Source: a virus. Taken from it: a DNA stretch of 64,000 nucleotides. A program made the position numbers and the translations under genes. This document shows positions 1 to 8,008 of the stretch, one piece after another. Every line of letters starts with the position of its first letter. Positions within the stretch are counted from its first letter, which is position 1. The DNA lies in IMG/VR virus record IMGVR_UViG_3300023082_000001, positions 23,952 to 87,951 of that record, one strand, 5' to 3'. A model generated the notes under the pieces. The model saw only the letters and a program-made list of their open reading frames with translations, was not told the DNA's origin and ran no database searches.

Positions 1-1
1 C

Positions 2-1075
2 TTCACCTACCTTGCAGACAGTGGCGCTAAGACAATCGCGTTCATGACTGACAGTGGTGGTGGGGAGGCGTACGGAGTTTTTGATGCAGCCAACTACATA
101 CGATCTTATGCAGATGCTAAAGGCGTAAAGATTATTTCGTATGTTGACGGACTCAGCGCTTCTGCTGCTTATGCACTGACTGCAATCTCTGATGAAATTA
201 TTACAAATAGTCAGTCTGAGCTTGGAAGTATTGGTGTTGTTGTTCGTCTTATGAATGATAGCAAAGCTCTTGAGAAAGATGGCTATGAAAGGACATTTAT
301 TACAGCAGGTGCCGACAAAGTTCCTTTTGCAAACGATGGGTCATTCAAACCAGAATTTCTTTCTGATATCCAAACAAAAGTAGATACTCTCTACGAAAGT
401 TTTACAGAGTTTGTTTCTAGTAATAGAGGCATGTCTGTAGAAGCAGTTAGAGCCACAGAAGCAAAGACTTTCCTATCCGGGGATGCTTTGAAGCTTGGTC
501 TAGCTGATAAAGTAATGACCCTTGAGGGTTTTTACGAATACTTAGCAGATACAGCGCAAAGTCATAAAGGTGATGAGAAATCAATGCTCAAAGATAAACT
601 ATTTAAAATGAATAAAGAAGGGCAAAGTTTCGATATGAACGAACTAGAACTCGCGAAGTCGGAACTTTCCGAACTTGGCACCAAATACGAAGCACAAGCT
701 GCTGATCTTCAACTGGCCTTGGCAGGTGTTCAAGACCTTCAAGCTAAGTTGGCTGAAGCTCAAGGTGTTGTTGCTGAATTCAAAGCTGCTCAAGCTAAAG
801 CTGAACTTGAAGCTAAAGAAGCTGTTGCAGCCACCCGTAAAGCTGCTCTGGTAGCTTCGATTGGCGAAGAACAAGCTGCTCAATTGTCTGCATCTCTTGA
901 AGGTGTATCAGACGCGCAATACGAAGCTGTCGTTGCTGCTGTTACCAAAGCTAACGCTGCTCTTGTAGAAAACCCACTCTTTAAAGAAATGGGTGCTGAT
1001 GTAGAGGTCGAGACTAACCCCGATATGGAAGACGCTCTCGCTAAACTTATCCAAAAAACCTATAAAACTAAGTAA
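2..1075 (+). CDS. Prohead protease (peptidase S49/ClpP-like) fused to scaffolding domain, 5'-truncated by window edge
   Basis: Frame is open from base 2. S49 motifs DSGGG and ASAAY (catalytic Ser) and GSIGV are followed by an Ala/Glu-rich coiled-coil C-terminus. Lies directly upstream of the decoration and capsid genes. Confidence 0.9.
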   Translation, partial: FTYLADSGAKTIAFMTDSGGGEAYGVFDAANYIRSYADAKGVKIISYVDGLSASAAYALTAISDEIITNSQSELGSIGVVVRLMNDSKALEKDGYERTFITAGADKVPFANDGSFKPEFLSDIQTKVDTLYESFTEFVSSNRGMSVEAVRATEAKTFLSGDALKLGLADKVMTLEGFYEYLADTAQSHKGDEKSMLKDKLFKMNKEGQSFDMNELELAKSELSELGTKYEAQAADLQLALAGVQDLQAKLAEAQGVVAEFKAAQAKAELEAKEAVAATRKAALVASIGEEQAAQLSASLEGVSDAQYEAVVAAVTKANAALVENPLFKEMGADVEVETNPDMEDALAKLIQKTYKTK

Positions 1076-1090
1076 GAGGACTATTTCCCA

Positions 1091-1510
1091 ATGGCAATTA
1101 ACGACCTGACCTACCGCACCCTTGGCGACCTTGTTGTACACGAACTTGATCCAAGTGTCGGCTATGCTCGTAAAGTTATCACCTTGAACTTCACTGCTGC
1201 CGGTGCTGTACCTATGGGTACTGTTGTAGCACGTGCTGCTGCTGACACCACTTTTCACCGTGCTGTTGTAGCCGACCTCACCGCTGCTGGTACTCAGTTT
1301 GCGGTTGTGTTTGGTGATCGTTTGAGCTGGAAGCCTACTTTTGATGTAGCTGCCACCACCAACACCCCGGCTGTTGCTTTTGTTCGTGACGAAGTTATTT
1401 TGTCTGACTTCCTCATCAAAGCAGTAAACACTCAATTTAACGCTGCCCAGATTGTGACCCTAAAAGGTCTGCTCGAAGCACAAGGCGTATTGGTGGAGAT
1501 TGCTTGCTGA
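1091..1510 (+). CDS. Head decoration/stabilisation protein (lambda gpD-like position)
   Basis: 139 aa, Ala/Thr/Val-rich, highly expressed codon usage, SD GAGGA, located between protease/scaffold and major capsid genes. Confidence 0.75.
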   Translation: MAINDLTYRTLGDLVVHELDPSVGYARKVITLNFTAAGAVPMGTVVARAAADTTFHRAVVADLTAAGTQFAVVFGDRLSWKPTFDVAATTNTPAVAFVRDEVILSDFLIKAVNTQFNAAQIVTLKGLLEAQGVLVEIAC

Positions 1511-1554
1511 AAAGCGGCTTTCTCATCAAAATAAATAATCTGGAGCTTATATAA

Positions 1555-2628
1555 ATGGCAATTGCTTTTCAAACCAACAACACCACTCAGGTAACTGAGC
1601 TTACCAACCAAATCGTAACCATCCCTAACCGCTGGGGTTTGATCAACAGCATGGGCCTGTTTAATGAACAGGGTGTTACTCAGGAAAACGTTACTGTTAG
1701 CCTGCTGACTGAAGTTGACGGCCTGCCAATTGACCGTAACTGGGATGAGCGTAACAGCACTATCAAGCCTACAAAGCGCGGTAGCCTGAGCTTCCCAATT
1801 CCTCACTTCCCACTTGATACCATGATCACTCCCCGTGACCTGCAAGGTATCATCTCTTGGACTAACTTTGCCCAAGGTCTGGAACTGGAAACTGTAGCAG
1901 CTGTACGTCTGCGTAAGATGCAAGAAATCCGCAACCGTTACGAGCGTCTGTCCGAAGTTGCCCGTATGCAAATCATCACCACTGGTTCGGTTTATGCACC
2001 AAGCGGTACTCTGGCACGTAGCTATGGTCCTACTGTAAACTACTACAACGAGTTCGGCGTAACCCGTACTGAGATTGTCACTGATCTTGATAACGTTAAC
2101 GTTGACCCACTGAGCTACACTAACACCATCATCTCCGGTATTCAAGACGGTCTGTTGAATGGTCAAATTGCTGATGATTTCGTTGTAATCTGCTCGCCAG
2201 AATACTTCCAAGCGTTGATCACCAACCCTTATATCACCGAAGTTTACAAGTACTTCCGTCGTGATCAAGATCCATTGGTTAATCGTCTGTCTGCCGCTGG
2301 TATGGGCTTGCCAGCTAACTACCAAGTCTTCAACTTTGGTGGTCTGACTTTCATTGAATATCGTGGCACCTACACCGATCAAAATGGTGTTGTTCAACGC
2401 TTCATTCCAGCTGGTGATGCTTATGCTTTCCCACTGGGTGTAACTGATATGTTCCAGACCTACTATGCTCCTGCTCTGACTTTCCCAAGTGTTAACACTG
2501 CTGGTCAGTCTGTTTACTATGCAGAGTACATGGGCGACAAGATGGACAAGATTGAAATTATGTCTGAGTCCAACCAGCTGAACGCTGTTCTGCGTCCACA
2601 AGCTATTGTACGTTTGTCGTTGACCTAA
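1555..2628 (+). CDS. Major capsid protein (lambda gpE/HK97 fold, PAK_P1/Felix-O1-like)
   Basis: 357 aa with IPNRWGLINSMGLF, IPHF..D..ITP.D.QG, CSPEYF.AL..NP, IPAGDAY and RPQ motifs as remembered for this capsid family. Strong codon bias; followed by a hairpin terminator. Confidence 0.93.
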   Translation: MAIAFQTNNTTQVTELTNQIVTIPNRWGLINSMGLFNEQGVTQENVTVSLLTEVDGLPIDRNWDERNSTIKPTKRGSLSFPIPHFPLDTMITPRDLQGIISWTNFAQGLELETVAAVRLRKMQEIRNRYERLSEVARMQIITTGSVYAPSGTLARSYGPTVNYYNEFGVTRTEIVTDLDNVNVDPLSYTNTIISGIQDGLLNGQIADDFVVICSPEYFQALITNPYITEVYKYFRRDQDPLVNRLSAAGMGLPANYQVFNFGGLTFIEYRGTYTDQNGVVQRFIPAGDAYAFPLGVTDMFQTYYAPALTFPSVNTAGQSVYYAEYMGDKMDKIEIMSESNQLNAVLRPQAIVRLSLT

Positions 2629-2635
2629 GATGAAT

Positions 2636-2661
2636 GGGGGATGAAATATGCCCCCTATTTT
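2636..2661 (+). terminator. Intrinsic terminator after major capsid gene
   Basis: GGGGG-N10-CCCCC followed by TATTTT. Confidence 0.6.
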
Positions 2662-2674
2662 AAAAGGAATAGTT

Positions 2675-3136
2675 ATGGCTTTGACTCCCATTCAGGCTGT
2701 ACGTCTCTTTATTGGAGATAGTTCGGAGCCTTACACTTTCACGGACGAAGACATTCAATACTTCCTTGATATGTCAGGGAACAATGTAAGACAAGCATCT
2801 ATATTTGCTATCTATGCTATTATCGCTGACCTTGCTAAAAACAAGTCAGTTTACCGAGAGACAGCAGGGCATTATGAAGTTTGGAGTAATGCGCTAGACT
2901 GGTATAAGCTGCTTCTTGGCAATATAAATAGCAATCCAACTTTAGGTCTTGGCAGTTTGATGCCTTATGCTGCTGGTATCGACACAGAGGATGTGTGGAA
3001 TAACAGAGCAGACTGTGGTGCCTACTCGGGTAAAATCGTACACACCGTTGACGAAGTTGGTTGTAAAACTGGGCATTGGTTGGATCGTTTTAGCTGTGGT
3101 ATTCCTGACATGCCCTATTGGGTAGTGAGGCGCTAA
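2675..3136 (+). CDS. Head-tail adaptor/connector protein
   Basis: Start reassigned to ATG 2675 (SD AAGGA). VRLFIGD..EPY.FTDEDIQYFL is typical of the adaptor N-terminus; first gene after the capsid gene. Confidence 0.7.
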   Translation: MALTPIQAVRLFIGDSSEPYTFTDEDIQYFLDMSGNNVRQASIFAIYAIIADLAKNKSVYRETAGHYEVWSNALDWYKLLLGNINSNPTLGLGSLMPYAAGIDTEDVWNNRADCGAYSGKIVHTVDEVGCKTGHWLDRFSCGIPDMPYWVVRR

Positions 3137-3138
3137 TA

Positions 3139-3507
3139 ATGAGTATTGCCCAGTTTAGTTTAGTCAATAAAATCCCCGTCACAATCCTTCGCCACTCTCA
3201 AGGCTCATGGGTAGACGGAGATTGGGTAGAAGGTGCTGAACAAGAGGTTATTATTCAAGCTAACGTTCACCCTTTCTCAGACTATCAAGTGATGATGCTT
3301 CCTGAATCAGATAGAACCAAAAGCTGGATGTGGTTATTTACAGCAAGCTTGGTTAGACAGAAGAAAGAGGGAATTGGCGGATATGACGCTGACCGCTTTA
3401 TGTGGGAAGGTGATTTGTACGAAGTAAGAATGGTACAAACCTTTTCTATGGGCGTAAGGGATCACCGCGAGGCGAAGTGTGTACGTGTAGAATTGAGTCC
3501 CAATTGA
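3139..3507 (+). CDS. Head closure/neck protein
   Basis: Synteny in the neck module; G.WVDG.WV and D.F.WEG..YEV beta-rich motifs. Confidence 0.65.
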   Translation: MSIAQFSLVNKIPVTILRHSQGSWVDGDWVEGAEQEVIIQANVHPFSDYQVMMLPESDRTKSWMWLFTASLVRQKKEGIGGYDADRFMWEGDLYEVRMVQTFSMGVRDHREAKCVRVELSPN

Positions 3508-3514
3508 GGCAGCT

Positions 3515-3976
3515 ATGGCTAATAAAGTTATTAAAAACGTAGCTGCTTGGGATAAAGTTAAAGCTAATCTTCTAAAGAATATCCCAGAACTCAACACAGG
3601 CTTCTTTTCAGAATCTATTTACGGCCCTGAGAATGATAACCTACCAGTTGCTCAAGTGGCCCAGCTTAACGAAGAGGGTAGTCGAGACAATCCACCAAGA
3701 CCCTTTATTCGTGCAGGATTTGGCGGTGCTTTACGCAGTGGAAAGCTAGACAAGAATATATCTGTTGCAATGAAGAGCATCCTTGAAGGTGGTGATATTC
3801 AGCAACAATACAAGATTCTTGGCCCTGTATTCGTTAATGAGATGAGGCAACAAATCATCAATTGGGATACCCCACCAAACAGCCCTAAAACTGTTGAAGC
3901 TAAAGGTAAGAATGATCCTCTAAGGGATACAGACACTATGCTCAACTCTGTTGACTATAAAGTTGGGAGTGTTTAA
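3515..3976 (+). CDS. Neck/tail completion protein (HK97 gp10-like)
   Basis: PPRPFIR and PPNSP.TV..KG.N.PL.DT..M..SV motifs; synteny. Confidence 0.7.
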   Translation: MANKVIKNVAAWDKVKANLLKNIPELNTGFFSESIYGPENDNLPVAQVAQLNEEGSRDNPPRPFIRAGFGGALRSGKLDKNISVAMKSILEGGDIQQQYKILGPVFVNEMRQQIINWDTPPNSPKTVEAKGKNDPLRDTDTMLNSVDYKVGSV

Positions 3977-4521
3977 TGGCAAGCAATCTGTTCAGCCAGC
4001 TTAGAGCTAATATCCGTAAAGTGGTTATCACGGCTCTATCAGAATACCCAAACGCCGCCAACACAACGATTTTCTCAAACTCAAATGGTTCTGAGCCTGC
4101 TGAATCTTATGTTGTTATCAATATCTTGAGTATTACACAGCAAGGTCATCACGTTACAGCTAGTAAACTTGATAGTCAGAATAGACAAGCAACTCAAGCT
4201 GCTTATGAAATTTTATGTCAGATAAGTTTTATCGGAAGTGAAAGCGGAGACATGTCTCACAGTTTTAATCAAAGAATCAATAACAACTATAAAGTGTTTG
4301 AGGATTTGAAAAGAAACAAACTAGGGATAATGAGAAAGAGTAGTGTAAGGCGTGCTCCTCAAAAGAGGGATACGAAGTGGGTGGAATATCACAACATGGA
4401 TGTAACATTCTCCTACATTGCTGTAACGCAAGATGTTGTTGATATAATTGAGGCAGTAGTTGTTGAAGATGTAATCACAGATACAATTTTCAGAGTGCCG
4501 GAAGGCCCAATCCCCGTATAA
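3976..4521 (+). CDS. Tail terminator/sheath stabiliser
   Basis: 181 aa immediately before the sheath gene; synteny only. Confidence 0.55.
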   Translation: MASNLFSQLRANIRKVVITALSEYPNAANTTIFSNSNGSEPAESYVVINILSITQQGHHVTASKLDSQNRQATQAAYEILCQISFIGSESGDMSHSFNQRINNNYKVFEDLKRNKLGIMRKSSVRRAPQKRDTKWVEYHNMDVTFSYIAVTQDVVDIIEAVVVEDVITDTIFRVPEGPIPV

Positions 4522-4544
4522 ACATAACAAAGGAATAAAGCCTA

Positions 4545-5828
4545 ATGGCCGAAATTGACAATATCGTACAGATCACGATTAGTCGGGAGTCTACTTCTGT
4601 TGCTACAGCAAGTTTCAACATCCCACTAATCCTAGCATCTTTCACAAACTTCTCTGAACGTGCTCGTGTCTATACTGATATCGATGCCGTTGGTGAAGAT
4701 TTCAATGCAACAGACAAAGCATACATCATTGCACAAAAGCTTTTTGGTCAAAGTGCTGTAGGTGCTGTACCTCCTAGCATTGTGATTGGTCGTCGTCAAG
4801 TTGATAGTGCAGTTCTTACTCCTGTTGTTGCTGACACTACCACCTACACTGTCACTGTAAACGGTAGTCCTTATAGCTTCACTTCAGGCACTGGTGCTAC
4901 AGCAACAAGTATTGTAACTGGTTTGAAAGCAGCTATCGGCACCCCTACCGGCGTAACTGTAGGTGGTACTTCCACTCTAACTTTGGCCCCAACTACTCCG
5001 GGTGCTGCTTGGAGTGTGTCGGCAAGCACTAACGTCAATCAAGTGAATGGTGCTTCCACTGAAGCTATGGCTGATGCGTTGGATGCAGTGTCTCAGGTTA
5101 ACAGTGTTTGGTATGGTGTTGTTTCTGATAGCCATATCCAAGCTGAAGTAGTAGCCTTGAGCGATGCAGTTGCAAGCCGTCGTAAAATCTTCGGTACTTC
5201 TAGCCAAGATGCAGCTGTAATCACTACTGGTACAACTGACGTTGCCGCTGTTCTGGATGCTAAGAGTGCATCGCGTACCTATGGCGTTTATCTGCCAACG
5301 GCTGACACTGAATACCCAGAGGCCGCTTGGATGGGTGCTCAACTTCCCTACACTCCGGGTAGCAACGATTGGGACTTCAAGCGTGTATCCGGTGTCACTG
5401 TAAGTGGCCTGAGTGACACTGCTCGTGCAAACCTTCGTAGCAAGAACATGAACATGTACACCACAGTCGGTGGCGTCAACGTCATGCAAGACGGTAACAT
5501 GTTTGATGGTACACCGATTGATGAGGTGGTGGGAACAGACTGGCTTTATGCTCGACTTCAAGAACAAATCTACTTCCGTCTGATTAATAGCTTGAAAATT
5601 CCAATGACCAACCAAGGTTTGGTAATCATTGAGAATGAAATTCGTTCGGTACTCTCTCAAGCAGAGGCTAATGGCCTGATTGCTCGTGGATGGACTGTGA
5701 CTACCCCTGACGTTAATGATATTCCTGTCACTCTTCGTGCAGCCCGTACTGCTGGTGTATTCCAGTTCCGTGCTCGTCTCGCAGGTAGTGTACGGAAAGT
5801 TATCGTTAATGGCTTCCTTTCTGTATAA
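4545..5828 (+). CDS. Contractile tail sheath protein (DUF3383-type)
   Basis: 427 aa with YPEAAWMG..L...PGS..W.FK...GV and DWL.ARLQE motifs; strong codon bias; followed by tube genes. Confidence 0.9.
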   Translation: MAEIDNIVQITISRESTSVATASFNIPLILASFTNFSERARVYTDIDAVGEDFNATDKAYIIAQKLFGQSAVGAVPPSIVIGRRQVDSAVLTPVVADTTTYTVTVNGSPYSFTSGTGATATSIVTGLKAAIGTPTGVTVGGTSTLTLAPTTPGAAWSVSASTNVNQVNGASTEAMADALDAVSQVNSVWYGVVSDSHIQAEVVALSDAVASRRKIFGTSSQDAAVITTGTTDVAAVLDAKSASRTYGVYLPTADTEYPEAAWMGAQLPYTPGSNDWDFKRVSGVTVSGLSDTARANLRSKNMNMYTTVGGVNVMQDGNMFDGTPIDEVVGTDWLYARLQEQIYFRLINSLKIPMTNQGLVIIENEIRSVLSQAEANGLIARGWTVTTPDVNDIPVTLRAARTAGVFQFRARLAGSVRKVIVNGFLSV

Positions 5829-5845
5829 TCTAGGAGAATATTAAT

Positions 5846-6373
5846 ATGGCAGATGCTCTGCTCGGCAGTTACTCTCCAGAGAGTATGGTTATCGTCATCA
5901 GTAAAGGTGACTTCATTCACACCATCAGCGGATTTGCCGATGGTACTTTTCTAAACTTTGCACGGCGTGTACCGGCCTCCGACTTGTATGTCGGCGCTGA
6001 TTTGACCACAGGTCGAGTTAAACGTCGTAACAAAGCAACTGATATTACGATCACACTTCATCAGTTTGCTACATCTAATGCAATTCTGCAAGCTCTTCAA
6101 CGAGCTGACGAAGAAGATGATTTGGGTAATACTTGGGTGTTTAACATCACAATCAAGGATTTGTCCGGTACTGGCGTTTGGTCTTCCAACCAAGCTTTCA
6201 TCGCCACTGTTCCTGATAGCCCATTCTCCACCACCACTGAGACTCGTGACTGGGTGATTAGCGCTGTTAGCTTGTCTTCCAACATTGGATCTAACACATT
6301 GTTTGATGCTGCTGAAGTTGCAGCTATGAATGCTGTTGGTAGTGAAGTTGACCAACGCTGGCAGTTGACTTAA
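5846..6373 (+). CDS. Tail tube protein (DUF3277-type)
   Basis: SYSP..M.I, GFADGTF, ITITLHQ..TSN..L, IKDLSG motifs; directly after the sheath gene. Confidence 0.8.
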   Translation: MADALLGSYSPESMVIVISKGDFIHTISGFADGTFLNFARRVPASDLYVGADLTTGRVKRRNKATDITITLHQFATSNAILQALQRADEEDDLGNTWVFNITIKDLSGTGVWSSNQAFIATVPDSPFSTTTETRDWVISAVSLSSNIGSNTLFDAAEVAAMNAVGSEVDQRWQLT

Positions 6374-6386
6374 GTATACAAGCTAA

Positions 6387-6409
6387 AGGGGCAGCAATGC
6401 CCCTCATTT
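6387..6409 (+). terminator. Hairpin/weak terminator after major tube gene
   Basis: AGGGGCA-GCAA-TGCCCCT: 7-bp stem with GNRA loop and a short T tract. Confidence 0.55.
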
Positions 6410-6422
6410 AAAAGGTGTGGAC

Positions 6423-6923
6423 ATGACTACATTAGCTACATACATGCCTGATGCTTGTACATTTCTAGCTTTCGGTATCCCCCTTGATGGCTTTGTTTCT
6501 GGAACATTTATCTCAGTTACAAAAGATGTTAATCCATTCACCACAGTTAAAACTCCAGATGGAACTGTAGCACGCCTTTATAATAGTGATCAAACCTACA
6601 CAATTGCTTTAACACTCTATAGCGGTAGTGACTCAAACGATGTACTAAGTAAACTTTGGTACTTGGATGAAATTACTCAGCGAGGGAAGTTTCCAGTCTT
6701 CATTAAAGATGGAAGTGGGTCGGACTTGTTCTTCTCAACCACAAGTTGGATTGAATCAGTTCCTCCTCTTGTTAAAAGTGATAATTTTGAAGCTCGTACA
6801 TGGATTATAAGATCTTCCCAAGCTGTGATCAATATTGGTGGTAATGGAGATGCAAGTTCTATCCTTCGTGACTTAACCAACCTTGCTATCTCAGCTATAC
6901 CTATTCTTGAGGACGTACTGTAA
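6423..6923 (+). CDS. Tail tube paralogue 2
   Basis: TYMP, GFVSGTF, YTIALTLYSGSDSNDVL, IKDGSG motifs parallel those of 5846-6373. Confidence 0.7.
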   Translation: MTTLATYMPDACTFLAFGIPLDGFVSGTFISVTKDVNPFTTVKTPDGTVARLYNSDQTYTIALTLYSGSDSNDVLSKLWYLDEITQRGKFPVFIKDGSGSDLFFSTTSWIESVPPLVKSDNFEARTWIIRSSQAVINIGGNGDASSILRDLTNLAISAIPILEDVL

Positions 6924-7420
6924 TGGCAAATGGATTTACAGTAAACAGTTTTAGTCCAAAAGATGTCCAGCTGATTGTGGCAGGTTATGTTATCACTGGC
7001 TGGGAAAGGATCACCATTACACGAAGAGTTAAAGGTTTCACACCTATTCCCGGTATTCGCGGTAAGAACACTCGTGTAGCCTCTCAGGATACATCAGCCA
7101 CTATCACAGTACCTGTGCTTCAAACCTCTCAAAGTAATGAAGTATTATCTTCAATTCATGAGCAAGATTTAGATAAGAAGACAGGTAGACTTGGTATTAC
7201 ACTTAAAGATGTATCAGGTAACAGCATTTTCTCCTCTGATGAAGGCTACATTACAGGGTTTCCTTCTGTCACTTATTCTGGTCAGTTTGAATACAGAACT
7301 TGGGAAATATTTTTACAAAGAACGTCTAGTTATAATGTTGCAGGCAATGCCCGTCCATCAACATCTCTATTGGATGGTGTACTAGGTGAAGCTTCCAACT
7401 TTATTAACGATTTATTTTAA
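6923..7420 (+). CDS. Tail tube paralogue 3 (tube initiator-like)
   Basis: SFSPKDV, ITVPVLQTSQSNEVL, LKDVSG, RTWEI motifs parallel the two preceding genes. Confidence 0.65.
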   Translation: MANGFTVNSFSPKDVQLIVAGYVITGWERITITRRVKGFTPIPGIRGKNTRVASQDTSATITVPVLQTSQSNEVLSSIHEQDLDKKTGRLGITLKDVSGNSIFSSDEGYITGFPSVTYSGQFEYRTWEIFLQRTSSYNVAGNARPSTSLLDGVLGEASNFINDLF

Positions 7421-7434
7421 ACAACATTTAGGAA

Positions 7435-7758
7435 ATGATGATGGCATTGGGCCTTGAAGTATTGGAACAAACAGAAATCGAAGTTGATGGTGTTAGCTAT
7501 TTGGTTAGTGCTATGCCTACAACTAAAGGTTTGCAGTTTCTTGAACAGTTTCAAGAAGAACTGGACAGTGGCAAAGATAATCTTGCTATGCGTAAACAAG
7601 TTATCTGTAACTATGTCTCCAAAGACAATCAGATGATTACAGAGAAACGCTTTGATGCTGTGTTCTCCCGTAAGTACAAGCATCTGTCTGAGCTTTACAA
7701 AAAAGTTATTACTTGGAACTTCCCTGATTTTTTTCAGGAACCCGCTACAGACGAGTGA
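7435..7758 (+). CDS. Tail assembly chaperone (gpG equivalent)
   Basis: First of two ORFs between tube and tape measure genes; contains slippery T TTT TTT at 7728-7734. Confidence 0.75.
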   Translation: MMMALGLEVLEQTEIEVDGVSYLVSAMPTTKGLQFLEQFQEELDSGKDNLAMRKQVICNYVSKDNQMITEKRFDAVFSRKYKHLSELYKKVITWNFPDFFQEPATDE

Positions 7759-7997
7759 AGAAAGAATCTGTACGGGCTGTATCAAGCTTAGATAAAGAGA
7801 TACAAGATAAGTTTTCAGGAAGCTGGCATATTTATCGAGTTAGTGTTCACGAGAAGGGCGGGATGATGCTTGCTGCTGAGTTTATGTCAGACAGATACAG
7901 TGTTAGAACCCTTTTTAATACCCTCGAAATGTTAGATATGTACGATGCAATGAAAGAACAAGCGGCTGCAATAGCTAAAACCAATAAACAAAAATAA
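7755..7997 (+). CDS. Tail assembly chaperone C-terminal extension (gpT equivalent, -1 frame)
   Basis: In the -1 frame relative to 7435-7758, open back through the T7 run, and lacking a well-placed SD. Confidence 0.65.
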   Translation: MKKESVRAVSSLDKEIQDKFSGSWHIYRVSVHEKGGMMLAAEFMSDRYSVRTLFNTLEMLDMYDAMKEQAAAIAKTNKQK

Positions 7998-8008
7998 GGA
8001 ATTAACAA

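Noticed and set aside
1432-2691. 419-aa ORF antisense to the major capsid gene
   Set aside because: It mirrors the capsid frame and has no SD or recognisable motifs. The strong codon bias of highly expressed genes removes antisense stops; the same applies to 908-1435, 4977-5660 and 5951-6355.
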